Source: Candidatus Poribacteria bacterium
GTDB lineage: Bacteria; Poribacteria; WGA-4E; UBA9662
Direction: 5' to 3'
Assembly: GCA_046582655.1 (NCBI GenBank)
Contig: JAYGDX010000020.1
Location: 1 to 31,503 of the forward strand
DNA length: 31,503 bases
Positions within the stretch are counted from its first letter, which is position 1, and every line of letters begins with the position of its first letter. This document shows, one piece after another, positions 16,620-25,633 of the stretch. Under the pieces are notes generated by a model. The model was not told the origin of the DNA. It was given only the letters and a program-made list of their open reading frames with translations, and did no database searches. The position numbers and the translations under genes are program-made.

Positions 16620-18518
16620 TTGCGCCTGATAACCTCAACGGGTAAAAAATCAAGTGCGGGTAATAAAATAGCATCAAGACCAAACATCTGGTTCATCATT
16701 ATGGCACTGACGAATATATGCCAGCCACAGGAGATGCAACCACATGTAAAGACTTTTTCTCAGTATTTTGCAATCAAAGTTGTAGATGAGGAAACCAACC
16801 GTGGCGTATCGCTAATTCAGCTCGAAACTGTTAATCATCGGAAATACTGGACAGACAGTAATGGGCTGGTCGCTTTCCATGAACCTGGACTAATGGATCA
16901 ACACGTCTTTTTCCACGTTTCCGGCCATGGGTACGAATATTTGAAGGATGGATTTGGCTATCGAGGAGTAAAATTGTATACCATCTCTGGTGGTGAAGCA
17001 GAGATCAAGGTCAAGCGTCTCAACTTAGCCGAACGGTTGTACCGAATCACCGGACAAGGAATCTATAGCGACAGTCTGAAATTAGGTAGATCTATTCCAT
17101 CTAACAGCGAACCACTTAAAGCACAGGTACTGGGGAGTGATAGCGTAGTCAACGTAGTCTACGGTGACTACATTTACTGGTTCTGGGGAGATACCAACTA
17201 CGCACGATATCCGTTGGGCAATTTTCATGTTCCGGGTGCCCGCTCGAAATTGCCTACTGCTGGTGGTCTGTTACCCGAACAGGGTATTGATTTTGAATAC
17301 TTTGTTGACGATAATGGATTTGCCCAGGAAACATGCAAAATGCCAGGGAAAGGCCCTACATGGATCGACTGCCTGATGTTGCTTGGTGATAACCAAGAAG
17401 CACAACGGATATTTGCCATCTATATGAAAGTGCAGAATTGGCTAGATATTTACGAACGCGGCATTGTGGAGTTTGATGTTGAGAAGAAGCAGTTTCAACA
17501 TCGTATGGTCTTTCCCAAAGATCAAACGGTGATTCCGCGAGGTCATCCGTTTCTTCATCAAGTTGATGGCAAACCGTATTTTTATTTCGCAGGTGCCATG
17601 CCGTGGGTGCGTGTGCCTGCTGACGTTGAAGCGATCCTGAATCCCGCCAGTTACGAATCCTATTCCTTTCTAGCGCCCACGTCAAGTAACGAGCTACCTG
17701 ATGTTCATAGAGATGCCAATGGGAATTTAATCTACGGTTGGCGTAAAGATGTCCCTTGGGCTGACAGGAAAATGATCCAGCGACTGATAAAGGTTCAGAA
17801 AATTGTGGAGGAAGAAGCCCCAAACCTTTTGACAGATACCGAATCTGGAAAATTGGTGATGACACACCATGGGAGCATTTACTGGAACGCTTACCGAAAT
17901 CGGTGGATCATGATTACAACAGAATCATCCGGCAGTTCATATCTTGGGGAGATATGGTATTCGGAAGCGATTCGACCAGAAGGCCCATGGGCATATGGCC
18001 GTAAGATTATTACTCACCATCAGTATAGCTTCTATAACCCCAAACACCATCCGATGTTCGATCAACAAAATGGCAAAGTGATTTACTTGGAAGGTACCTA
18101 TACAAAAACTTTTTCCAGCAACGATTATCCAACCCCCGGATATGATTATAACCAGATGATGTATCGTCTTGATCTATCGCAACCAGAACTAAACTTGCCT
18201 CAACCTGTTTACCATATCAACTCAGCAGATAGAGACAACTATTATTGGCAAGTTGGAACATTAGCAAATGACGCTGAGGCAAAACTAATTTTCTTTGCGC
18301 TGGATAGACCTCGGTCGGGAACCCAAGCTGTTAAGCTAGGATCCATTACGATACACGTCAATATTTCAGCTTCCAACGACGATAAATGTTTGACAATACC
18401 ATTATGGAGATGGGAAACACAAAAAGGTATGACTTGGCAAGTTGGTTACATTGATGATACACAGAACACAAAATTGGTAGGACACGTATGGCCCGTTCCA
18501 TCACATGTTGTGCCTTAG
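16620..18518 (+). CDS. Conserved hypothetical protein, probably exported, beta-propeller-like; start uncertain (alternative ATG 16701)
   Basis: 632-aa ORF rich in W/Y/G with YWFWGDT, GSIYWNAYRNRW, PEGPW and FYNPKHHP segments; fold assignment is inference. Confidence 0.6.
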   Translation: MRLITSTGKKSSAGNKIASRPNIWFIIMALTNICQPQEMQPHVKTFSQYFAIKVVDEETNRGVSLIQLETVNHRKYWTDSNGLVAFHEPGLMDQHVFFHVSGHGYEYLKDGFGYRGVKLYTISGGEAEIKVKRLNLAERLYRITGQGIYSDSLKLGRSIPSNSEPLKAQVLGSDSVVNVVYGDYIYWFWGDTNYARYPLGNFHVPGARSKLPTAGGLLPEQGIDFEYFVDDNGFAQETCKMPGKGPTWIDCLMLLGDNQEAQRIFAIYMKVQNWLDIYERGIVEFDVEKKQFQHRMVFPKDQTVIPRGHPFLHQVDGKPYFYFAGAMPWVRVPADVEAILNPASYESYSFLAPTSSNELPDVHRDANGNLIYGWRKDVPWADRKMIQRLIKVQKIVEEEAPNLLTDTESGKLVMTHHGSIYWNAYRNRWIMITTESSGSSYLGEIWYSEAIRPEGPWAYGRKIITHHQYSFYNPKHHPMFDQQNGKVIYLEGTYTKTFSSNDYPTPGYDYNQMMYRLDLSQPELNLPQPVYHINSADRDNYYWQVGTLANDAEAKLIFFALDRPRSGTQAVKLGSITIHVNISASNDDKCLTIPLWRWETQKGMTWQVGYIDDTQNTKLVGHVWPVPSHVVP

Positions 18519-18619
18519 CAACAAATAGAACAGTGCATCCGTCTAGAAAAGATTCTTGAAAACAGGGCAATCTAAGCGCGATATTTTATCTGGTTATTTT
18601 TTGATAGAAGAAGACAGAT

Positions 18620-19253
18620 ATGATTGACACTCACACACACATCGGTGACCTCTCGTTTGCACCTGATTGGCCAACTTTAACGGCTGAAGTGGCAGAAAAG
18701 ATTCGTCTAAAAGATGGGATGTCGCGGTTTTGGAGAGCACAAAATGGGATTAGAGGTTGATAATTCACGTTCACAAGTTATCTATGAAACTTGCGGGAAA
18801 ATCGGATGGGGTGTTCTGCTTCATTACGATCCACACCTAAATATTGATATAAACAGTTTACCGCATACTGAACAAATGGTCAAAAAATTTCCTGAGACAA
18901 AGTTCATCATGCATGGTCTAGGCTGGTAGTGTAAGATTTCCGGGGATTGTACCGTTTGCGGAGGCTATCCCTAAAGTAAAATAACTCCGGGAGGAGCAGT
19001 TGACTGCCTGCTCTCCGCTCACCCTCACTTATACGCTGATCTACCAACGTGCTCAGCGTATAATACCTTAACATGTGATTCAGGTTTTACCCCCGGTTTT
19101 CTTGAACACCATTGGGAGAAACTCTGTTTCGGTACGGATCTATTGCGTGTGGGACAAGAACTACCGATTTTCGATTGGTTCAAAAATCTGGTTTTCAATC
19201 CGGAAAAGAAAGTAACAATTGCTCGGAAAAATGCCGAGAAACTTATCGCTTAG
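18620..19253 (+). pseudogene. Amidohydrolase_2-family pseudogene
   Basis: MIDTHTH start at 18620; frame change near 18690-18714; then GFGEHK..VLLH..FIMHG, in-frame TAG (18927) and TAA (18972), continuing LYADL..FGTD..IARKNAEKL to TAG at 19251-19253. Confidence 0.85.
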
Positions 19254-19264
19254 GAGGACAGAAA

Positions 19265-20521
19265 ATGAGCAGTAGACTTGCAATCCACGGTGGAAAGAAA
19301 GCTGTCACACTTGATCAAAGTCGGGCTTCGCAGTGGCCGATTATCGATGATGAAGTTATTGCCGCAGTTACTGGACAACTGAAAACGGGGGAGATCTCCT
19401 TTTCTAATACGATCTATGAGTTTGAGGAAGAGTTTGCCGATTACCACGGCGTCAAGTATGCCTTGGCACACAATAATGGCACAGCATCAATCCACAGTGC
19501 CTTGTTTGCAATCGGAGTTGGTCCAGGCGATGAAGTGATCACAACAGCGGCAACTTTCTGGGGAACCTACATGCCGATTCTATCCAGCCAAGCCATTCCG
19601 GTTTTCTGTGACATCGATCCATTTACTGGTTGTCCAGATCCAGCAGATGTTGAGCAACGAATCTCGCCCAATACCAAGGCAGTAATTGTTGTTCATCTTG
19701 GTGGTATGCCAGCAGAGATGGATGCTATTATGGAAGTTTCTCGACGCCATAACTTAATTGTCGTAGAAGACTGCTCACACGCACACGGCGCAACTTATAA
19801 AGGGCAGAAAGTTGGCACCATTGGCGACATCGGCTGCTTCAGTATGCAAGCGGGAAAACTTTTGCCTTCTGGCGAAGGCGGGGTGATGATTACCAATAAC
19901 TTGGATTGGCATGAACGAGCGATTTGTTTGGGACACTACGAACGAATTTCCAAACTTTCCAACCCAGACTATCACAAGTACTCCCCTACCTGTTTCGGAT
20001 ACAAATACCGGATTTCACCGCTTAGTGCAGCGATAGCACGTGTTCAACTTCGTCATCTAGATCAACGTAATAAACAACGTGATGATAACGTAATGTACCT
20101 GATGGACGGAATTGGCGCATTTTCAGGCATATATCCACTGAAACCAGCGGAATACATCTTCCGCGGATATTACAGTAGTCCTTATATCCGCTACCACGCT
20201 GATGAATTAAACGAGTTGCCTAAACCCAAATTGATTGAAGCCCTACGTGCTGAGGGCACCAGCGTAGCCAGCGGTGCTCCAGGCGGAAGCAACCACCTTT
20301 CAGCTATTTTTCAAGAACGAAACCATCCCGCGTTTTCACGTCCGGAAATCCAGCATAAAATTACGTATAGGAAAGGAGATTTACCGCGTTCGGAAAAACC
20401 ACGTCAGGATATGATGACAATTCCCGCCTTCCCGGCAGCAGATAAGATATTGTTAGATCAATACATTGAAGCTTTCCACAAGGTGACTGACAACGCTGTA
20501 GAGCTGTTAAAGAAGATTTGA
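19265..20521 (+). CDS. DegT/DnrJ/EryC1/StrS PLP-dependent aminotransferase
   Basis: NNGTAS, GPGDEVI, VVHLGG, EDCSHAHG and FSMQAGKLLPSGEGG (PLP lysine); true start ATG 19265 after AGGAGG. Confidence 0.92.
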   Translation: MSSRLAIHGGKKAVTLDQSRASQWPIIDDEVIAAVTGQLKTGEISFSNTIYEFEEEFADYHGVKYALAHNNGTASIHSALFAIGVGPGDEVITTAATFWGTYMPILSSQAIPVFCDIDPFTGCPDPADVEQRISPNTKAVIVVHLGGMPAEMDAIMEVSRRHNLIVVEDCSHAHGATYKGQKVGTIGDIGCFSMQAGKLLPSGEGGVMITNNLDWHERAICLGHYERISKLSNPDYHKYSPTCFGYKYRISPLSAAIARVQLRHLDQRNKQRDDNVMYLMDGIGAFSGIYPLKPAEYIFRGYYSSPYIRYHADELNELPKPKLIEALRAEGTSVASGAPGGSNHLSAIFQERNHPAFSRPEIQHKITYRKGDLPRSEKPRQDMMTIPAFPAADKILLDQYIEAFHKVTDNAVELLKKI

Positions 20522-20689
20522 ACCCAGAATTTTCCAGAGAACTAAACAGGGAACATAATCTGTTCCAGCGGACACACTCGCTCATACATCCGCTTCCACC
20601 ATATTAATCTTGTACACCGCATCGGCCTTCTCCTGATTACCTTTCAGCTGTACCATGGAAAGCTCGGTACTGCCGTACCGGGATCGATG

Positions 20690-20943
20690 GTGCCGAGCTT
20701 GCATGGGGCATTGGGTGAAAAAGCACAGCAGTCTAATGTTTCAATTCATCGCTGAATTGAAACAGTTCGAGGCAACTCTCATGAAGAACAATTTTCTGTT
20801 TAGTGCGCAACTGGTGTATGTTGACTACGCGTTGCACAGTGTTCTGGGAAACGTACTTTAACTTCGGCGAGTTGCAGTAGCCAACCCAACTAGGCTGGCT
20901 GATGAATTGGAAGAACTAGCTGGAAACCCACAAGTTGGGTTAA
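20690..20943 (+). pseudogene. Possible glutathione S-transferase C-terminal remnant
   Basis: LKQFEATLMKNNFLFSAQLVYVDYALHSVLGN resembles the GST C-terminal helix motif; a shifted frame continues with stops (FGELQ*PTQLGWLMNWKN*L); no N-terminal domain visible. Confidence 0.4.
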
Positions 20944-21161
20944 TGAGGTTACTTTGATTTCAGAAACCTAGCCAAGTTTTCCAGCCAATCGGTGTTGATG
21001 AAGTCACCCCAACCTGATGCAGGATCGTCCAAGCGGCTTGGGTTCATCCAACTTGACCTGACCTACTGGGCCACGCTTGGCCAAGCGACAGGCAGAGGAG
21101 CAACCACTTCATGACGTCATTTTCAAATATTCTTAGTGAAGTCAATTGCTAGCTAATCACC

Positions 21162-21872
21162 TTAGCTTAGAAGGTCGATTAAGACATCTGAAGCCTTACC
21201 AATTCGTGTTTCATCTGCGATATTTGAGAGAGGTGTTCGTTCAACGTTGATTTCGACCACATAGGCGCCAGCCTGTTTCCCGGCAATACCTAGCGAGGCG
21301 GCAGGCTGGACAAGACCTGATGTTCCAATGATAAACATTAGGTCGCAATGGGTTGCAGCAAGTTGTGCCGCGGCTAATTCTTTTGCCGGTAGTGTCTCAC
21401 CGAACCATACAACCTTAGGCCGCAGCAATCCACCACATTGATGACAGGTCGGCAAAATCTGAATTGGCACCTCAGAATTGTGACTCAGACACTGACATTT
21501 TGTACACTGGACCTTCCAGATGTTACCGTGAATTTCCAAGACATTTTGGCTACCAGCCTTATGGTGCAATCCATCGATGTTTTGCGTAATCAAGGTAAAT
21601 TGTTCAGTTTGGTTTTCCATGTCAACCAGTACATAATGGGCTGGGTTGGGCTCAATCGGTTCAATTAATTTCCGACGCCAATCGTACCATTCCCAGACCA
21701 GGCACGGATCTGCTTGAAACGCTTCTAAAGTTGCTAGTTTTTCAGGCCGGAAATTCTTCCAGAGACCGTCTGATCCACGGAAAGTTGGCACTCCACTTTC
21801 AGCCGAGATTCCCGCACCCGTTAGAACTGTAATTGATTGGCCAGTTTGTAATTTTGATTTTATGGTATCCAT
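21162..21872 (-). CDS. cobB: NAD-dependent protein deacylase, class III sirtuin
   Basis: GAGISAESGVPTFRG, WYDWRR (YxxR acyl pocket), TQNIDGLH, IHG, two CxxC, VVWFGE and GTSG; ATG 21872 or TTG 21878. Confidence 0.93.
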   Translation of the reverse strand: MDTIKSKLQTGQSITVLTGAGISAESGVPTFRGSDGLWKNFRPEKLATLEAFQADPCLVWEWYDWRRKLIEPIEPNPAHYVLVDMENQTEQFTLITQNIDGLHHKAGSQNVLEIHGNIWKVQCTKCQCLSHNSEVPIQILPTCHQCGGLLRPKVVWFGETLPAKELAAAQLAATHCDLMFIIGTSGLVQPAASLGIAGKQAGAYVVEINVERTPLSNIADETRIGKASDVLIDLLS

Positions 21873-21893
21873 GTCCAAGTGGCTGTTTGATAG

Positions 21894-23705
21894 TTAACTA
21901 GAATTTCTTAGGCGGGCCACCCAATTTTGAACACGTAGTTGAAGAAAGGCCTGCGCTCGTCTTGACCACAGATAGTCGAGCGTTAATCCACGGAAAATGG
22001 GCATTATACTCATTTTAAGCCGCAGCTCTTCAGTCAATGCTTCGATTGATAGATCCGTAGATCTATCGACCAACTGGTGTAGAATCATGGCCGCATCCGC
22101 TAGATTTTGGACAGCATGGTGAGACTCGGTTAGATCCCTAAGCTGCTCAACAGCATCATCCAAATCGGGGCGATGGCGATCGTACCACCATTCGTCCAAT
22201 GACTCAATTGCTGATACAAAACAGGCTGCAGCATCACCAAATTCCTGTTGGTCACGTGGATTACAAACAAAGTCGCCAAGTTGCGTCAGTATAGAGTTTC
22301 TAGATTTCATAGGATTCAATTGTCGATTGAAGAAATAATAATCACCCGAATATTGAGTATAAGGCGTTAATCGATAAGCGAGTGATGCCTTATGCTTGGA
22401 TTCGAGGCTAGCTTCCAACCATTGATCAATCTGCCGGAATTTAGGCTCAGGTAAGATATTATTGGACTCAAAACCACCTTCCGGATCAAGGAAAAAGGCA
22501 AGCGGTAGAGGATCTAGTCCATGTTCCCTCATAATATCAATAGTTTCATACTCAGTGCTCTGGACAATCACTCTGTTGCCATCAGGGATTTCGGTTGCAA
22601 GTCGATGACGCAAATTAGGATGGGAGTCAAAACCTAACCTTCCAGCTTCAATGGACTCAATCCACCAAGGGCAAAGAGTTATATTGGCTCTTCCGTCAAT
22701 CCTGTCAGACAAGGTGCTGAAAGCGTTTATCATGACACGCAAATAGTCTCGGCAGTCAGAACAGACGCAAGCACCAGGATCAGCAAACCAGAGGACGAAG
22801 CTGTCTGTGACATCGGCAAAGGTATCAATCAGGTAGTCTTGAAAAGGAAGGATCTGTTCCTTTCCACGCTGCCAACAGAGGGTAATTCCTGTATAATTGA
22901 CATCCTCCGCCCGTAGTTGTGGGAAACGCAACCATACCGATGGGGGAACAGTACCTGTTGAGAAACCGACATAAGTTTCCATGCCCATCACTCGGGCATA
23001 CGCCAGCGCATCATGCCATACCGGATAACGCCAGGCATTACAGGCCAAGCTAAGTTCATCAGGATGATAATATTGCGTTGGCCAGATATAGATTTTCAGC
23101 AAGTTACAACCCGCTGCGTTCAGAAGTTCGATATACCATTTCCAGTCCTCCAGACTCCATGTATCTGTCGTCAGCGGGGCGATATTCCATGGAATGCTTG
23201 AAGCATAAACACCGCGGACCGAAAAGGGAGACTGCTGGTCAGCAAAACGATGTATCATGCGAAACTGTGTATTGTTACTATTCCGTCCTACTAGCCGATA
23301 ACCTTGCTTGGCATAAACTCGAATAGCACGATAATTCTCCAGATAACAGGTCAGTGCAATCCCTAATTTCCCTCGTTGCTGAGCGATGATCTCAATTTGT
23401 TGCATCAATCTTTGACCAATTCCCATGTTCTGGAAGGCATCAATGATACCAATGCCTAGAACCGGATAGTCATCCCTTCCCCTATACCAAACGTGCCCAA
23501 CCATCTTCTGATCACTAAGTGCACCGATATGGACACAGTTTTCATTTTTAATCTCTTCGGCAGTCAGCTGTACCGCACTGTCATCAAAAGTGTAAGGATG
23601 ATAAAATTTTCGGCTGGCCTCAGACAATCCACTAAAAAAATTGGGAATTTTTGGAAGATCGGTACTCTCCAATAGACGAATGGTTATGTTACTATGGGAA
23701 TCCAT
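21894..23705 (-). CDS. GNAT acetyltransferase fused to an uncharacterised glycoside-hydrolase-like TIM-barrel domain
   Basis: Residues ~1-150 have FQNMGIGQRLM and NYRAIRVYAKQGY GNAT motifs; the remainder has RGVY..WSLEDWKWYIELL..G.N and DPGACVCSDC. Confidence 0.72.
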   Translation of the reverse strand: MDSHSNITIRLLESTDLPKIPNFFSGLSEASRKFYHPYTFDDSAVQLTAEEIKNENCVHIGALSDQKMVGHVWYRGRDDYPVLGIGIIDAFQNMGIGQRLMQQIEIIAQQRGKLGIALTCYLENYRAIRVYAKQGYRLVGRNSNNTQFRMIHRFADQQSPFSVRGVYASSIPWNIAPLTTDTWSLEDWKWYIELLNAAGCNLLKIYIWPTQYYHPDELSLACNAWRYPVWHDALAYARVMGMETYVGFSTGTVPPSVWLRFPQLRAEDVNYTGITLCWQRGKEQILPFQDYLIDTFADVTDSFVLWFADPGACVCSDCRDYLRVMINAFSTLSDRIDGRANITLCPWWIESIEAGRLGFDSHPNLRHRLATEIPDGNRVIVQSTEYETIDIMREHGLDPLPLAFFLDPEGGFESNNILPEPKFRQIDQWLEASLESKHKASLAYRLTPYTQYSGDYYFFNRQLNPMKSRNSILTQLGDFVCNPRDQQEFGDAAACFVSAIESLDEWWYDRHRPDLDDAVEQLRDLTESHHAVQNLADAAMILHQLVDRSTDLSIEALTEELRLKMSIMPIFRGLTLDYLWSRRAQAFLQLRVQNWVARLRNSS

Positions 23706-23811
23706 GATATTATTAAAATCTCAGTTTTCTATTAGGAAAAGTGGCTGATGGATCTAATCAACATTGCAGGCAGTTTATTGGCAAAATTATCCTTACCAGT
23801 ATTGTTAATTC

Positions 23812-24594
23812 TTAGACTTGGTTATAGCGATAGATCTTTTGAGATTGCTGAGACATCTGTTCCCAAACTTCAGTTGGAATAGTCTGCCGAAAAGTCTGGG
23901 CGTCATCCGGTAAGTGATGGAATCGACGAAAATAGACCAAAGCTAACATGGGTCGAATCACCTGAGTTTGATTGGGCATCCCTCGGTGCCAACAACGCAT
24001 ATCGCGTACAACCACCGAACCAGCCGGCATTATTACGCGAATCGATGGTAGTTGAATCGCCCGTTCTTCCAAGGTGGTGCTGTCATTGTGCTGAAGGTCA
24101 GTAATCAGATGAGAACTTGGCCATACTTCTGTAGCTCCATTCTCTTCAGTGAAGTCTGCCAATGCCATATTGACTACCGCTAGTGAGATTGGCAGAACAT
24201 ACGGTTCGTTTGGGAAAAGATGTCCTGTATCCCGATGAATGTGTTGAATTCCACAACCAGGCCAAGCAGTGTTACTTCCGTAAGGAAAATAAGAGAAAAT
24301 ATCATCTCCCATTGCCTCTTTTAGAATCTGCATGGCAAAAGGATTTTCGATTGCCAACGGATCAAGGAAAGGCATGCGCAAGGGGACTGATATTCCGCCA
24401 TGTCCCGTTGGCTGTTCTACCACGAATTGTCTTTTGACTTCTTCATTATAGGCACAGCACATATCCTCTACCCAGTCGGAAGGAAGCACAGCTTCTAATA
24501 TTACATATCCGCATTCTCGAAGTAACCGTAGTGCCTGAACCAGATTATCCTGATTCAATTTATTGTTCCTACGTTCCTCTTCAGAAATCTTCAT
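23812..24594 (-). CDS. Phytanoyl-CoA dioxygenase (PhyH) family Fe(II)/2-oxoglutarate oxygenase
   Basis: QHIHRD (HxD), NGATEVWPSSH, AGSVVVRDMRCWHRGMPN and R-P-M motifs. Confidence 0.9.
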   Translation of the reverse strand: MKISEEERRNNKLNQDNLVQALRLLRECGYVILEAVLPSDWVEDMCCAYNEEVKRQFVVEQPTGHGGISVPLRMPFLDPLAIENPFAMQILKEAMGDDIFSYFPYGSNTAWPGCGIQHIHRDTGHLFPNEPYVLPISLAVVNMALADFTEENGATEVWPSSHLITDLQHNDSTTLEERAIQLPSIRVIMPAGSVVVRDMRCWHRGMPNQTQVIRPMLALVYFRRFHHLPDDAQTFRQTIPTEVWEQMSQQSQKIYRYNQV

Positions 24595-24840
24595 TTCTTA
24601 TTTCTCACTGAATGTAGTTAACGTTTAACAGATAGAATGGAAGCAATTGATCAAAGCAGCATTCCAACTGACAGAATTCGTGTCCTGAACAGAATCAAAA
24701 TGTCGTTGATTGAGTTGTTTTACCTGAGGATTCTTCTTTAAATCCCAACTCAGTAAAAAAACCAGAACACATTGTAATTGATACAGGAGAGAACAATCAT
24801 CTGGACCAACAAGTTAGGCTGTTCCTTTATTTGCCATCTT

Positions 24841-25518
24841 CTAACGACATAGTTGAACCAGCAAGTCTGGTCGATTTGAGCCGACTGCGTCGACCCCTAG
24901 ATCTATCACTTGCTGTATCTCTGGAACCGTATCCGGGTTCCAAGCGCGAACTTTCAATCCATGAAGGTGGGCTTCTCGCACTAAATCGACGTCGATATTC
25001 TGATGTTGAATATGTATCGCTTCCACCCCTATCTCGAGTGCTTGTTGGCAAGCATCATCAGGCGGTGTTGACCATAATGCCCCAAGAGCTATGTCCGAAT
25101 TGAGGTGACGTACCTTACATAAACGGTCATGAACAAACGAAGTTAAAATGACATCGCTTTCAATACTGTTCTTCTCAATCAGGTTAACAACCGGTTCAGC
25201 AGTGGCGAGGCCTTTAAGTTCGATCTGAAGGATGACTCTTCCTTGAATCACATCAACCACTTCCTGCAGAGTTGGAATCTTCTCACCTTTTCCAGCGTCA
25301 AGCTGTTTAATTTCCTGCAGGGACAGATCCGATACTGCACCCCAACCATCAGTCGTCCGGTCAACCGTTTGGTCGTGGATGACAACAAGATGTTGATCCC
25401 TTGTTAGGTGCACATCAATTTCAATCTGATCGACGCCTAAGTCAATTGCTTTTTGAATCGATAAGCATGTGTTTTCAGGCTCTAATTTAGCAGCCCCTCG
25501 GTGTCCAGTAATAACCAT
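24841..25518 (-). CDS. Glycerophosphodiester phosphodiesterase
   Basis: GHRGA, PENT, EIDVHLTRD, VIHD, DRTT, IPTL, IELK and SNRPD motifs. Confidence 0.93.
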   Translation of the reverse strand: MVITGHRGAAKLEPENTCLSIQKAIDLGVDQIEIDVHLTRDQHLVVIHDQTVDRTTDGWGAVSDLSLQEIKQLDAGKGEKIPTLQEVVDVIQGRVILQIELKGLATAEPVVNLIEKNSIESDVILTSFVHDRLCKVRHLNSDIALGALWSTPPDDACQQALEIGVEAIHIQHQNIDVDLVREAHLHGLKVRAWNPDTVPEIQQVIDLGVDAVGSNRPDLLVQLCR

Positions 25519-25633
25519 TCTAGTTCCATATATTTTTTTGATTTATAGTAAATAAAAAATCAGAATCCAAGGATTTGACAATTTATAGCAACAAGTGCGA
25601 GATTATATGAACTGAGATATTTACAGTTATTTT

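Noticed and set aside
18927..18974. In-frame TAG as possible pyrrolysine or recoded stop in the amidohydrolase
   Set aside because: An in-frame TAA and a frameshift occur in the same gene, and TAG ends several intact genes here
19112..19264. 51-aa N-terminal extension of the DegT ORF
   Set aside because: It overlaps the amidohydrolase pseudogene in another frame; a strong RBS marks ATG 19265
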